From: a virus
IMG/VR virus record: IMGVR_UViG_3300037246_001176
Coordinates: 1 to 64,000 of that record
Reading direction: 5' to 3' (one strand)
DNA length: 64,000 nt
The position numbers and the translations under genes were made by a program. Under the pieces are notes generated by a model. The model ran no database searches, was not told where the DNA came from, and saw only the letters and a list, made by a program, of their open reading frames with translations. This document shows positions 49,051-60,854 of this stretch, in pieces (position 1 is the first letter of the stretch; each line of letters opens with the position of its first letter).

Positions 49051-49706
49051 TCAGTCCAGATCCTTTCCGCACATCTCACAACCTACCTTCTCCACCGTGT
49101 GCCAGGTTGATGCCCGCCACCTAGACGCTGACGGCAGCTCGTCGAATTCGGAGCAGTGGTGCTCATAGCAAAGATCGCGGTAGAGGAAGCCGTGTCTTTC
49201 AAGCACGGTTTCTACCGGCCTGTGAAAGTGCCTCTTGAACAAAGTCTCCACCGCTGCTACGGTCTCCGCCTCCAGCGGCAGCCGCTCAGCCGCCCTCTCC
49301 GCCAGGGCCTCCGGGCTGCTGGCGAGGTACTCCTGCCAGGAGCGGGCGGCGTGGCGACGGTAGTAGGCATCTAGGGACTCTTCGGCCTCGTCGTGCAGTA
49401 ACTGTCGCCTGTCAACTCCATCCATTATCCCTCACTCCCTTCCCGCATCAGCCGTGTCCCAGCGGCCCCTGCGACGACGATGACGTCCGCCCCGTTGCCC
49501 GTCAGCTCGCCATCCGTCAACTCTGTAATGCTCTCTAAATCTCGCCAGTCGTCCGCCAATGTCACGATGCCTTTCCATCTTGGCAATGCAGAGAGGCGAC
49601 TGAGAGCGTCATGTGCCAACGCTTCCGCGCCACTCTCGTCTGGAGCTTCCACATGGAGCGTGACCTGGATATTGATCAAGACTTCCCATTTCTTTCCGTT
49701 GCTCAT
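49051..49706 (-). CDS. Two hypothetical proteins (49051..49425 and 49425..49706)
   Basis: Coupled ORFs. Confidence 0.6.
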
Positions 49707-50368
49707 AGCGCGAAACCCCCTTCTTGTATCAGTCGCGATCCTGCCGCCGCCGCGACCACGATGGCGTCCGCCTCATGGTCAGTCAGCTCGTTGTTCTCCA
49801 GCCACGCCAGCGGATCATCTCCGCCGTACCTCACCGCCACCCCGGCGACGGCCCTCGCCTTCACCGCATCGCCGCACAGTTTCAGAGCTGCGCCGTGCAG
49901 CTGCGACGGGACATGCAGACCGCCGAGGACGGTTCGCCGCGCCTTCTCGCTCTCCATCGGAACGGGCACGATGCCGAAGTCGGCGCACGCGGCCCAGAGG
50001 ATACCGCGCAGGTAGCCGTATGCCAAGAGCGACTTGCTGCTCACTGGCCTGCGCCTCGCCCGCCGCTCCCTGGCAGCTGCTAAGAGCCAGCGCGATGGGT
50101 CTTCGTAGGCCACATGGAGCATCGCGCCGAACGCAGAGGCTGTTATCCTAGCGTCTTGGAGCAGCTTGCGCAGTTCCAGCGACAGGTGGGCCGCCCGCTG
50201 CATCTGGACGGATTCGGTGACTTTGCCGCTGTGTTTCAGGGCGGCTATCGTGCCGAAGCCCAGGATCTCGTCGCCAGGGTATTCTAGGACGGCCCATCCG
50301 GTGGGGCTGGCCCAGGCGGGATCTAGGCCGAGGATGTGGAGCTTGCTCGTTTCAATTGATGCGCTCAT
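49703..50368 (-). CDS. RuvC-like Holliday junction resolvase
   Basis: ILGLDP...TGWAVL, VAYED, DHEADA. Confidence 0.8.
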   Translation of the reverse strand: MSASIETSKLHILGLDPAWASPTGWAVLEYPGDEILGFGTIAALKHSGKVTESVQMQRAAHLSLELRKLLQDARITASAFGAMLHVAYEDPSRWLLAAARERRARRRPVSSKSLLAYGYLRGILWAACADFGIVPVPMESEKARRTVLGGLHVPSQLHGAALKLCGDAVKARAVAGVAVRYGGDDPLAWLENNELTDHEADAIVVAAAAGSRLIQEGGFAL

Positions 50369-52716
50369 ACTTCTACTCCTGCGAACTCAAAAAGGGATTG
50401 CCCCTTCTCACTGACCGCTTTCTGCAAGTTCCTGACCATCTCATCAAAGTATGATTTTTTCAATTCGATCAGTATGGCCCGCCGACCATGCTTCACGGCC
50501 ACATAACCTTCCGATCCAATTCCTCCGAAGGGGGACAATATCGTCTCTCCCGGATTGCTGTAAAGCTTGATGCACCGCTCTATGGTTTCCAGCTGCAGCG
50601 GGCAGATGTGCTTTTCATCATCGTGCGCCCGTCCGTGCTTGTACCCATGCTGAAGTACGTTAGTTTCGTTGATGTCATGCCAGATCCCGCAGGCCCACTT
50701 TATCCAGAGATCGTTGTCCATCTCCCGGTTGGCAACCGGCGTTATGGGGATTTGATTGTCACCAGGCTTGCGAAATACGAGCACCTGGTCAAGAAGCGCC
50801 GGCCTACTGTGCACGCTGTCCTTTGAGAGCTGCACGAAAAGCAATCCCTTGGAATGAGTCCGGATCGCCTGAGCTTGAGGATTCTTTGATATCACGATGC
50901 GTCCGTGAAAAATCCAGCCTTCGGCCTCGTAAGCCGCAATGACGCGGCCTGGAAAGTCCTTGATGCCGATGTACCCGTCCTTCTGCGCCAGGGCAGGGAT
51001 GTCGCTGGTATGGACGCACGTTACCCGACCGAGTTTCGTTACTCGCAGAACCTCGCGGATAATATAGGAATAATGCTCAAAGAACTCGTCCCAATTGCGC
51101 GAGTTGCCCAGATCACGAAGGCTAGGAGTGTAAGTATAAAGATCGGCGAATGGCGGCGAATAGATCGACAGGTCAATTGAACCGTCGCCGATTTCGGCCA
51201 ACCTCTCGCTTGAATCACCCAGCATCGCCGTCCAATTTTCCGTCGTGATCTTGTCCTCTCGATACTCCTCTTGCAGTGGCGTGACCATTCCCAACTCCTC
51301 CTTCTCAAAACCCTCTAATTGCCTGATCATCTGCTCGCGCAAGCGGCGCGCCTGCGCATCTTTGCGCATGATGTTATGATAGATGCCGTCCTCGATGTCA
51401 GCCAAGATGATATGAACGTTGACGGGATGCTCTTGCAAATAACGCCATTCGCGGCGGATGCATTGATAATATTGTTCCCAAGAGTAATTTAGACCAAAGA
51501 AGATCATCTCATGCGCCTGTTGCAGATTGAGCCCGTATCCCAGCACGCGAGGTTTGCTTATAAGGATGCTTTTCTTTTTGTCTAGCCAAAGATCAAGCCG
51601 ATGGATCTTTTCCTCCGTTGGCAGTGAACCATGAATAGAAACGCTCTCATCTCCAAACATTTCCGCTAACGCATCCTGTTCCTCATTCAGCCCACACCAG
51701 ATGACCCATTGTTCATCACCGCCATTAACTAATTGTTCTAATCTGCTCAATCTGACAGACAACGTATGCCTTCTAATCTGCGCCTGTTCACGTATACCCC
51801 TGATATACGTAAAGAAAAGCCGATCATCGGGCCTGTAGTCCGACTCTACAAAGTGCGTATGGATATTGAGTGGGGGAAGAACAAAACCGCCATCATCATA
51901 TCCCAAATCCGACGGCTTGATCATCATAATTGCCCATGATGACAACCAACGAAAAAAAGGATTCTCAGCATGGTGTTTCAATCGCCATTCTGTGCCCGCC
52001 TTGTTAGTGCCCTTCTTGCGGTATGCCGTACCGTTGATGTAATAGGTATGCTCCTTATTGGCGTTGACGAAAAACTGCGCCAGCATCTCCGAGCGCGAGC
52101 AAATGCCGAGAAACTCGGCATGATTGCCAAGCTCAATATGGTCGTTCGGCGCAGGAGTGGCCGTGCAACAGAGACGATATGGCACATTGGCGCACATTTC
52201 GATCAACTTGCGTTTCGTCTGACCGCTTATGGATTTCAGAATGGATGATTCATCCAGCACTACCGCGCCGAATTGCGAGAAGTCAAAGCTACCAATCATC
52301 TCGTAATTCGTGATCCAAATCTTGGCGGAATCGTCAACATCTGCCTGGTTTCTGACGTAGCGCACGGCCAGATCGATCTTTCGCCCCTCTCGTACCGTCT
52401 GCCTTCCTACTGAAAGAGGGGCGACAATCAGCGTCTTCTCGCCCAAGAGTCGCGCCCATTCCAGCTGGCAGAGGGTCTTGCCCAAGCCGGTATCAAGAAA
52501 GATTGCGCATCGGCCCTTGCGGATAGCCCATGCCGTCACGTCTTTCTGGAACGGAAAAAGCAGAGGGTGAATATCTTCTATCTCTACCTGCTTTCCATGC
52601 GCAACCTGTCTGAAGCGCTTGCTCTCAATAAATTCACCGTAACTCAGGATGCCCGCAGCAACATTCTCTCTACCAAGTTCGGCGATCGTCGCATATCGTT
52701 CCTGAGCCTTAATCAT
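50365..52716 (-). CDS. SNF2-like helicase fused to an amino-DNA methyltransferase (N4-C/N6-A)
   Basis: DTGLGKT, LDESS, TATP; SPPF catalytic motif; SPFGGIGSEG SAM motif. Confidence 0.9.
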   Translation of the reverse strand: MIKAQERYATIAELGRENVAAGILSYGEFIESKRFRQVAHGKQVEIEDIHPLLFPFQKDVTAWAIRKGRCAIFLDTGLGKTLCQLEWARLLGEKTLIVAPLSVGRQTVREGRKIDLAVRYVRNQADVDDSAKIWITNYEMIGSFDFSQFGAVVLDESSILKSISGQTKRKLIEMCANVPYRLCCTATPAPNDHIELGNHAEFLGICSRSEMLAQFFVNANKEHTYYINGTAYRKKGTNKAGTEWRLKHHAENPFFRWLSSWAIMMIKPSDLGYDDGGFVLPPLNIHTHFVESDYRPDDRLFFTYIRGIREQAQIRRHTLSVRLSRLEQLVNGGDEQWVIWCGLNEEQDALAEMFGDESVSIHGSLPTEEKIHRLDLWLDKKKSILISKPRVLGYGLNLQQAHEMIFFGLNYSWEQYYQCIRREWRYLQEHPVNVHIILADIEDGIYHNIMRKDAQARRLREQMIRQLEGFEKEELGMVTPLQEEYREDKITTENWTAMLGDSSERLAEIGDGSIDLSIYSPPFADLYTYTPSLRDLGNSRNWDEFFEHYSYIIREVLRVTKLGRVTCVHTSDIPALAQKDGYIGIKDFPGRVIAAYEAEGWIFHGRIVISKNPQAQAIRTHSKGLLFVQLSKDSVHSRPALLDQVLVFRKPGDNQIPITPVANREMDNDLWIKWACGIWHDINETNVLQHGYKHGRAHDDEKHICPLQLETIERCIKLYSNPGETILSPFGGIGSEGYVAVKHGRRAILIELKKSYFDEMVRNLQKAVSEKGQSLFEFAGVEV

Positions 52717-53148
52717 GAGCCAATCTCCTCTCATGAAAGTCACTCACCGCCCCCACATGCCCGCACAGTACGGTAGCATTGTGCCCGAACCCGATCAGGC
52801 ACTGGCACTGCTTGTGCTCCAGCCCCGCCGCGCACAGCCCGTCGGCCAGCATCAGCCGCCGACCGGCGCGGCCAGCCACGGACGACTGCGCCAGCGGGCA
52901 GGGATCACCCTCAATGCCGTCCGTCCAGACGTGGAGCGGAGTGGTCTTGGCGTGGCGTCGTTTCGCCGCTTTCTTACGCTTCGCCATCGGCCAGCTCCCA
53001 TTCCTCAATCCTAGTAATGAGCATGGAGTTGCCCTTCATGAACCGCTCCTGTGCGTCCAAGCGGAACGTCCACGGCAGTCCCTCTTGAAACGAGATTATC
53101 TTGCGCCGGACGTGCTGGCGGCGACGGTGGCGGATGACGTCGCCGACC

Positions 53149-53709
53149 TCAAGAACCTGATGCCTGGTCTGCGCTTTGCCCATCTGTAATCATCCTTTCC
53201 CTGATCCATGCCTCAACTGTCTCGTAAGGGATCGCCGCGCCCATGCCCCTCGCGGTGGCGACGAACTCCCATTTGAATTCCTGGTGCAGCCGGTAGGCCA
53301 GCGTGAAGCATCGCCCGTCAAAGCACCGCGTCTTCTCGCCCTGGTAATCCATCCGTCGCAGCACGGCCTCAACGATGTTAAGCGCCAGGTCTGCTGGCCC
53401 GCTGCCGCCGTACCCGAAGCTGAAGCCGGTAGGCGAATGATGCACCACCAGGTGAGGAACGTTCGTCACTGTCGCGCCGGTGTCGGCCAACTCCATGACG
53501 ATGCCGTTCGTGAGCGGTACTCCTACCAGTTTCAAGTCACAAAAACTATCCTCATTCATCGCGCTGTTCCCTCCATTTACGTTGTACCCCATGCCAGAAC
53601 ATACCGGCCCGATGCCGCGCCCCACGCTGACGGGGTGCGTCAGTCCGCGCCCGCAGCAGGAGCAGCGTACACCGGCGCGGCCCCAGAAGGCGGTCTGCTC
53701 ATTCATCAT
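53149..53709 (-). CDS. DUF6011-like Zn finger plus DUF6166-like domain
   Basis: CSCCGRGLTHPVSVGRGIGPVC; HHSPTGFSFGYGGSGPADLAL. Confidence 0.7.
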   Translation of the reverse strand: MMNEQTAFWGRAGVRCSCCGRGLTHPVSVGRGIGPVCSGMGYNVNGGNSAMNEDSFCDLKLVGVPLTNGIVMELADTGATVTNVPHLVVHHSPTGFSFGYGGSGPADLALNIVEAVLRRMDYQGEKTRCFDGRCFTLAYRLHQEFKWEFVATARGMGAAIPYETVEAWIRERMITDGQSADQASGS

Positions 53710-55956
53710 CCTCGCCTATTGCCCTCATCCCTGCTACATGATCCAGTGCATCAACAGGCGCTAACACCCAGACGTATCCCGCTATTCTCGCCCGCTTCTC
53801 CATCTCACGCCATGCTGCTATCGCGCCTGCTAATTCGTCAACTGATAGAAAACCGAATAGTTCATCCATCTCTCTCTCTACTTCTCTAACCCGCGCCAAT
53901 AAACCGAAACGCTTATCAATGTCTAATGTCAAACGATAAGATCCATCCTTCAATTCTACTAAACCCTCTTGCTCTAGCCCAAGAAGAACTTCTTCGCATT
54001 TATCACCAGTAATCAACTCCAAATAATCAAGCGTGAATGTTTTCAACAACAAAACATTGTGGCTGATTTGTGCCCAAATCTTCTTCTTCATCTCCCTCTA
54101 CTCTTTCCCTCTTCAAACTATCAGTTGTTCATGCGCAATCTTCATACCCGCCCGCCTCCGCCACCGGTCGCACGCCTTGCGCCAGATGCGGCGGTTCTTG
54201 CGCTGATATGCCGCATCGCCAGACGGACGGCCCAAGATGTCGCGCTTTGCGCAGTCGGCGTGGTAGGCTTTGCTCAACTGACCGCAGAGTCTCAGAGCTT
54301 CTTTTGATAGTGGCGTAATCGTGTATGTCATGTTCCCTCCAATCTTAAATGATACCAACCTCAGCCATGATACTGTTCACCATGCCCCAAAAGTTGCCAA
54401 GGGCATGTTCATACACATCAGGTTGGCGCTCTGCCATCTCCTCTGGCGTGATGTTAAACCCGCTGTGCCGGATGAGGATGTCTGACCAAAGCGCACTATC
54501 AGCTAGTATAGCCCTCTTTGCTTTGCCCAACCTCCGACCTGTAACTTTGCGCCCTGTTACCCCGTAACCACCACCGATGCCCTCAAGCGCGAACCGCGCC
54601 ACGAAATGGTTGAAATATTCGTGCTTCTTAGCTCTTGTAATCAAGATGTCCCTCCAATCTCAAATAAACCGAATTCTGCCATAAATTCCGCAAACAATGT
54701 TTCAACAGTTACATAAGCGTAAGTCCTGCCCGCCATGTGACCAGCCACGAAACCCGTCTCAAACGCCGCGACGAGACCCTGAAACAACGCATCCTTCAGA
54801 CACTCGCCCGAAAGCAGAATCTCTTCTAGCTCCAGAAGGTCGTCAATCCGCTTCTGCGCCGCAACCTTCGCTGCTGCTTTCAGTTCCTTGCTCATGCTGC
54901 TTCTCCGATTACCAGCCCCATCTTCACCGCCACCGCGTCCAGATACATGCATGCTAGAATGTCACTGCTACCCGCCGCCCAGTCCAGCTTCCGCGCCAGG
55001 TTCCTGACGCGCTGCGCGAACCCGTTGCGGCGGGGGCGGCTGTAGAACGGGATTTCTTGACGATGTTCTTGCCAGAGTTGTCGGGCTTTTTCCAGCATAG
55101 TTACCTCACCATCCCATGTGGCGTTCAAACGCAAACTTTGCGCTGAATATATCGCCATAAAGATCTGGGCTTTTATCCAGCATCTCTTCAGCCCGCTTTA
55201 CAAGCTGTTCCATCATATATGCCTCGCGATAAATAGATGCTTCCCAGTCTTCAGATACCCAGTCTTTGGTATACTCAACTACCAACTGCTGGGCAAATGA
55301 CTTGGCGCGTTCCAACCGCTCTCCATATCGATATGCAAGAAACAAGATGGTCTGATGCTCAACAGAAATATCTGACCACTTCTTAGCACCATAATACTCA
55401 GCGATGTCTTGGCGATCATCTTTTGACCAAGACACCAAGTTGTTAGCCTGCGCCTCGCCGCCGAACTGCTTTGCAACAGCCTTAGCTTTTTCTAGGTCTG
55501 CCATTATTATAACTCCTATATCCTCAAGACCTGAGTATACTCTTTTTCAATCATTCTTATCTCTCTTGGCTGCTCATGTTCCGCGATCTCCCCAAGAAGA
55601 ATCGCCAAATCCTGCAACTCAGTATCGGCTTTTAGTAGACCTGCCTCTTTCGCGAGGTCACTTACTGGGAAATCGCGACAGAGCATTCTTATCTTTTGCA
55701 CTGATTCAATGATTGATTGACAATGTTCAGTTATTGTCATTATCTCCCCCTACAGCTCCACGATGCGTCTGTACTCCTGGTTCAGTCGCTCAATGCCCCT
55801 ATGCAACCCATCAATACTGGCTATCAATCGGTCAATATCGTTCTGCGTCATGGTTGACTGACCAGTACCGTTAGCACCATGAACTCGCAGTTCCTCTTTC
55901 CAGAGCCGCAATTGCCGATTCAGCCTGTCCCTTGAGTTTGCGTCTAGTGTTATCAT
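53699..55956 (-). CDS. Array of about 8 small early-type hypothetical genes
   Basis: Tightly packed ORFs, most with purine-rich RBS, downstream of the promoter at 55995. Confidence 0.6.
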
Positions 55957-55994
55957 CTCTGTCTCCCGTCTGCTTGCTTGCTCAACCTATGTAT

Positions 55995-56023
55995 ATTATA
56001 GCAGAATATACCAGATTTGTCAA
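55995..56023 (-). promoter_or_regulatory. Strong sigma70-type promoter
   Basis: TTGACA-17 bp-TATAAT with extended -10 TG. Confidence 0.8.
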
Positions 56024-56218
56024 GCATTTTACGGCATCACAGGAAAAATTTAAGGTCAGGCATCCATCGCCCACAAGCCCACTGCCGCGCCGAGAAGCAG
56101 GCCGCCGGCCCACGACAGAATCTTAACCCCTTCGCCCTCTGCAAAAAACAGCATCGGGATGCTCAATACCGCACCTACAAGCACCATCAGGAGAAACACC
56201 CCCCTAAAGTCAATGTCA

Positions 56219-57073
56219 TCAATCACTGCTATCTCCTCTCACCGAAACCCTCATCTTTTTTATGATCCGCGCCTGCCACTCAGCCGCCACCGGATCGTCG
56301 CCGTCAGCGAACTTGAGCACTGGGACGCGCACCCGCTCGCCAGTCCCATTGTCGTAGAAAAGTATGACCCAGGAACCGTCGAGGACGAGTTCAGGTTTCG
56401 CGCTCCCGTCCGCGACGAACCGCTCCTGCTCCTGGTTCCACTCCGGCTCCGTCACGCTCATGGCATGGCGGTGCTGCGTCGTGGTATAGCCCGGCGACGT
56501 CAGAGTCTCAAGCTGATGGCCTTGCAGCAAGCCGTGCACTGCGCTGCTTGCCGCCCGCGCTGCTTTATCAATGTTCACCCGCTCCGCCAGCTGCCCCGCG
56601 TCGTCCGGATCGACGCCCGCTCGCTCAAGGCACTCGCGCCCGATGGCCGTGTGCCGGAACACCTGGACGCACCGTTTCCATGCCGACCACGTGCCGTAAG
56701 CCCGCCCCGTCAGCATGGAGGCCCAGTCACTGAAGCTGATGTCGTCCCAGTACCCGCAATCTTGGAACGCGGCGAACCGGCATATCATACGCTGCTTGCC
56801 GCTCGGCAAGGGCCACGCCACAAGCTCATCCATCCACGCCAGGAGAGAACCTATCTGCCACGGGTCAAGCCGCTCTACCCGCTCCGCCCGCTGGCGGTAC
56901 GCGGCGAACCACGCCTCGTACCCCTGGGCGATGTTAAGCAGGCTGTCAGGCGACAGGGCTGCCGCGATGTCGCTAGGCCATGCCCGGTCGAGGCTGTTGA
57001 CCAGGCTCTCGTGGGCTGGCGAAAGCGGGCACCGTTCGGGCAGCGAATCGTGCACTACTGTTATGACGACCAT
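56219..57073 (-). CDS. Hypothetical protein
   Basis: 284-aa ORF with RBS. Confidence 0.7.
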   Translation of the reverse strand: MVVITVVHDSLPERCPLSPAHESLVNSLDRAWPSDIAAALSPDSLLNIAQGYEAWFAAYRQRAERVERLDPWQIGSLLAWMDELVAWPLPSGKQRMICRFAAFQDCGYWDDISFSDWASMLTGRAYGTWSAWKRCVQVFRHTAIGRECLERAGVDPDDAGQLAERVNIDKAARAASSAVHGLLQGHQLETLTSPGYTTTQHRHAMSVTEPEWNQEQERFVADGSAKPELVLDGSWVILFYDNGTGERVRVPVLKFADGDDPVAAEWQARIIKKMRVSVRGDSSD

Positions 57074-57088
57074 TCCATTTCACTCCTA

Positions 57089-57493
57089 TCATCCATTTAC
57101 GCTAACACTATCCTGAAAAACCAAGCCGCCGTCACAGCCGCCAGCAGGACGCCCTGCTGAACTGTATGCTTGTCTGTCGCGCCGCTTTTCTGCCACAGCC
57201 GCCAGGCGACGAGGAGCAAGACGGTTGAGATTATGGCTAATATCGTTGTGTTCATCATCCCTATTCTCCAGCATTGCTTTTATTTCCTCAATCAGCAAGA
57301 AACAACCACGGCAAGTAACCTTTCCTTCAATTACTTCCCCATCGGCTACGCCGTCCTCGCCATCTAGCTGGATTCCGCAAAGAGTCCGTGGCCCCGCATA
57401 TTGCACTGCAACATGGTACGCCCCGTCAATCAATGCGGACTCAAAATACTCGTGGTTTTTGTCTGTTGCTATCATCTGGAAAACACGCATCAT
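57089..57493 (-). CDS. Hypothetical Zn-binding protein
   Basis: TAAGGAGG RBS; H...TLCG...VTCRGC. Confidence 0.6.
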   Translation of the reverse strand: MMRVFQMIATDKNHEYFESALIDGAYHVAVQYAGPRTLCGIQLDGEDGVADGEVIEGKVTCRGCFLLIEEIKAMLENRDDEHNDISHNLNRLAPRRLAAVAEKRRDRQAYSSAGRPAGGCDGGLVFQDSVSVNG

Positions 57494-57896
57494 TTAACCT
57501 CCTTAAATTCCACCGGCCCCCACCTTGCCGCCGAGGCTTGTTGCCCTTTTCTGTCCCCGCCACCCCCACCACCACGCTTGCCGTGGCTGGTGCTCTGGCG
57601 AGAATGGCAAGCCGTGTCCGGCCCTGCGTCCGGCTGCGGGGCGCTCTTGCGAGCGGGCGTGCTTGCTGGCCTGCCGTGAATTTGATGCTGCTTTTACCGA
57701 GTACCTGTTCGTTTTTGCCCGGTCATTTGTGCCGGGCCATGAGCGCGCACCGCTCCGACACGATGCGCGCCGTCCCCCTGCTCCCTGCCTAGCGGATGAA
57801 TAAAAAGCTACTTTTATCGTCGTTCCCCTTTGACATCTGATTGCCTCGTTCTGTTCCGCCGCGAGGTTTGACGGCCTCGCTGGCAGGGATGCAGGG

Positions 57897-59170
57897 TTAC
57901 GGATGCGAGCCGTTATGAGGCGGCTTCGCATCGCTGATCGCTGCCCATTCTGGCACTGTCTCTGCCGCTCTCAGGCTCTCCAGCCTGTCGTCGTTGCCCG
58001 CTGCCATTATGAGCCACGTAGACTTTGCTTTCGCCATTCTCAGGCTGATCGGGCAGCACAATTTCCTTTCTGGCGCAACAGTCCAAGAACTGCCAGCGGG
58101 CATCGTCTTTTTGGGCATTACGACCGTCCAACCCCACCTCCCTGATTTTTCTTTAACAAGGTGCAGGACGGTGTGAGAGAAATTGTAATCCTCGCGCCTG
58201 ACGCTGACGCAAATTCGCTTGCGCCCGCCATAGGTGGCGGGTTCGCCAAATTCTACCGAGCCTGGTACGTAGCTGTCACTCATCCAGTTCCTCCTTGTCT
58301 ATGCCAGGACTAACCGCCCATCCCCCCCTGTGCTGTATCACGACCGCAACCACTCGCCCTTCCGCTTCCTCCGCCGCCAGCACATCACCGAGCGAGCCTG
58401 GGGCGTAGCTGTGGCCCTGGAGCAGGAGCGGTTGTGTTGATGTGGACTCTAGCCAACCGATGCCGTCAATATGAAGATGCTGGCGGTCAAAAACGTGTAT
58501 GTCGTCCCCCGCCAAATCTTCACAATATACGTATGTATTACTGACTAGAGTCACGACGAGCACTGTCTTTTTGTGAGCAGCACCAGGCACAAATTGCACG
58601 AAGACTACCTTGTCACCGACTTGATATTTCATCACATCGCTGCCTTCTCTGGCGTTGCTAATGAAGCGTGCCACAAAGCAGGTTCAGTCCATTTTAAATC
58701 AAAAGTCAACACTTCCTCGCAAGCCAGGCACTCAAACTCCGTTGATGTTGGCAGATCATACCCGCAGCCCTCCCAGTCATGCGCCGATTCTTTCAGTTTG
58801 TCCAACATATCAGCGCCGCAGTATGGACAAAGCGCCCCCCATTCTTTGAGCTCCCAGTCCCTATCAAATTTCGCCCTTTTTGCCATGAAAGCATCTACAT
58901 CAAAAGACATCGCTATCTCCTTTCTGGATTCCAGAATCACTATACCGACAGCTTGTAGCAAAACCTGAATATGCCGATCCGCAACGATCTGTTACTGCCA
59001 TATTCAAAATGGTATAATACCCATCGGCCTTTGACATCGATCACCTTGATGCAGAAAGACGCACGCCGAAACGGATTGTCCTTCTCGTCAGAATCATCAA
59101 AAGTCCATTTCTGCCCAGGCATTACTCTCGGCCCGAACCATGAACGCCACAATGCTTTCAACATTGCCAT
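57897..59170 (-). CDS. Four small hypothetical genes (57897..58283, 58276..58632, 58632..58910, 58940..59170)
   Basis: Coupled ORFs with RBS. Confidence 0.6.
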
Positions 59171-59194
59171 TCTCCTTTCTGGATTCCAGAAACT

Positions 59195-59938
59195 TCACAC
59201 GAAGCAATATCCTAACGAACACTGTCCTACATCTTGAAAATTACCGCTATCAATATCCACGTCGGGCAATAATACCCGATCTCTATGCAGCCATATTTCC
59301 GAATCCTGTTTGCGCACTAATTCCTCTAAACCTATTGCCTTGGCCCAATCATCTGGCTGCTCATCTCGCAAATACCGCCATTCGGAATTGTTTCTGTGAG
59401 GACAACACCAACAAGCTGACTTCGCCGGTATCGGTAAGCCTGCATCTTGGATAATCTGCCAACAAGTAGCCCGACTGATCATCAAATCTATGAGCGGAAA
59501 CTTGCGTCTGAACCACTTTTTCCGACCTGGCTTAGCACGACGAATCTCGTCATGACTGAATCCCAGCCAAACGTCGCATGATTTAACACCCTGCTGCCGC
59601 GCCCACCTCATCATCACATATTCTTTCCATTCGGAGGAGCAGAAAGTCGGGAACTTGCTGCTAGCGGTATACATCGGCAAGAGCAGATCGCCATTGTGCG
59701 CATACAGGTCTACTGTCGCCAAGCTGTGCGGCGCAATCTCTATTTGTAATCCAATTCCCGACAAAAGCGGAAGTACATACTTACTCAGATATTGCCAAGT
59801 AGCTGTTCCTTCTCTGCTGGTGTCGGCAATGGCGGCGAGGTCTGGACACGGCAACTTTCCTGAAGCAACGAGCACGGCTATAGCCACGCTCTGAACACCA
59901 CCCCCGTAACTCCAGACAAGAATCCTATCAGCCGTCAT
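59195..59938 (-). CDS. PAPS-reductase-like (PP-loop) protein
   Basis: SYGGGVQS, ADT, KSACWCCP. Confidence 0.8.
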   Translation of the reverse strand: MTADRILVWSYGGGVQSVAIAVLVASGKLPCPDLAAIADTSREGTATWQYLSKYVLPLLSGIGLQIEIAPHSLATVDLYAHNGDLLLPMYTASSKFPTFCSSEWKEYVMMRWARQQGVKSCDVWLGFSHDEIRRAKPGRKKWFRRKFPLIDLMISRATCWQIIQDAGLPIPAKSACWCCPHRNNSEWRYLRDEQPDDWAKAIGLEELVRKQDSEIWLHRDRVLLPDVDIDSGNFQDVGQCSLGYCFV

Positions 59939-59939
59939 A

Positions 59940-60854
59940 TTACACCGGCCTCCCCAACCTCAAGAAAGTCTCAAATTCCCGCGCCGTTAAGCCCGCCACC
60001 AGCATATCGTCGGGTTTCATCGGAAGGTTCGCCACCCTCACCTTCTCCGCCCCTGCCTGCGACAGCATCTTGCCCAGCCGCCACGCCTGGACTTTGGCGT
60101 CCGGGTCGAGCGCCACGAAAACGTCGTGCCCACGGAACATCGGCAGCCATGCCTCGTCGAACCCCTCCTTGCCCATCTGTGCTACTGTTGGAAAAACCTG
60201 CCCGACGACGATGGCTTTCCTGCAGCCCTCCACAAGCGCCACCCTGCCGTTCTCGCTCAGGACGCTGGCGTTGAACAGTTGCAGGCCCAGGCCCGCCATG
60301 TGCGGCCTGTACTTGTCGCCGCTGTTCGCGCCCTTCAGTCGGTGGCGGATGTTGAGCAGCTCGCCGCCCGCGCCCGTCACTGGGATGGTGTAGCTGGCCC
60401 TGCCTTCCACGTCGGTCGGGCAGCAGAGGCAGAAGCCGAGGCTATAGCTGTAGAATGACTCCATGTTCACGCCCTGGGCCAGCCACCAGTCCAAGGCTCC
60501 GGGCGTCACGCCGGCGGCCTTGTGATATGCTAAATGGTCTTTGTTGTGCGCCATACTCTCTACTGCCTGTAAGCGTTTCTCCTGGTCTTTTTGCTGACGT
60601 TCTAGCGTCCGAACGCGCATTTCCATCAAGTCGGCGGGGGACGGGCGCTTGGCTCCTGCCAGGTCGTCGACCCATCCCTTGCGCCCGCAATGCCCTTCCT
60701 CCGGGCTGGGCCTGCACCAGTAATTTCCCCGCTCCCAAATGTGATAACGGTCTTTTCCCCCGCACCAAGGACAACTCCCTGCCCACTCATCATGCCCGAC
60801 CTTTTTGAGTTGGATGCCGAAATGAGACTCGATAAAGCCGATGGGGTCAATCAT
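59940..60854 (-). CDS. DNA primase (Zn finger plus TOPRIM)
   Basis: CPWCGGKDR; LVEG; ALDPD; KPDD. Confidence 0.85.
   Translation of the reverse strand: MIDPIGFIESHFGIQLKKVGHDEWAGSCPWCGGKDRYHIWERGNYWCRPSPEEGHCGRKGWVDDLAGAKRPSPADLMEMRVRTLERQQKDQEKRLQAVESMAHNKDHLAYHKAAGVTPGALDWWLAQGVNMESFYSYSLGFCLCCPTDVEGRASYTIPVTGAGGELLNIRHRLKGANSGDKYRPHMAGLGLQLFNASVLSENGRVALVEGCRKAIVVGQVFPTVAQMGKEGFDEAWLPMFRGHDVFVALDPDAKVQAWRLGKMLSQAGAEKVRVANLPMKPDDMLVAGLTAREFETFLRLGRPV

Noticed and set aside
59195-59938. PAPS-reductase-like gene as sulfate donor for the sulfotransferases
   Set aside because: This family does not synthesise PAPS, and the gene lies 30 kb away in the replication module
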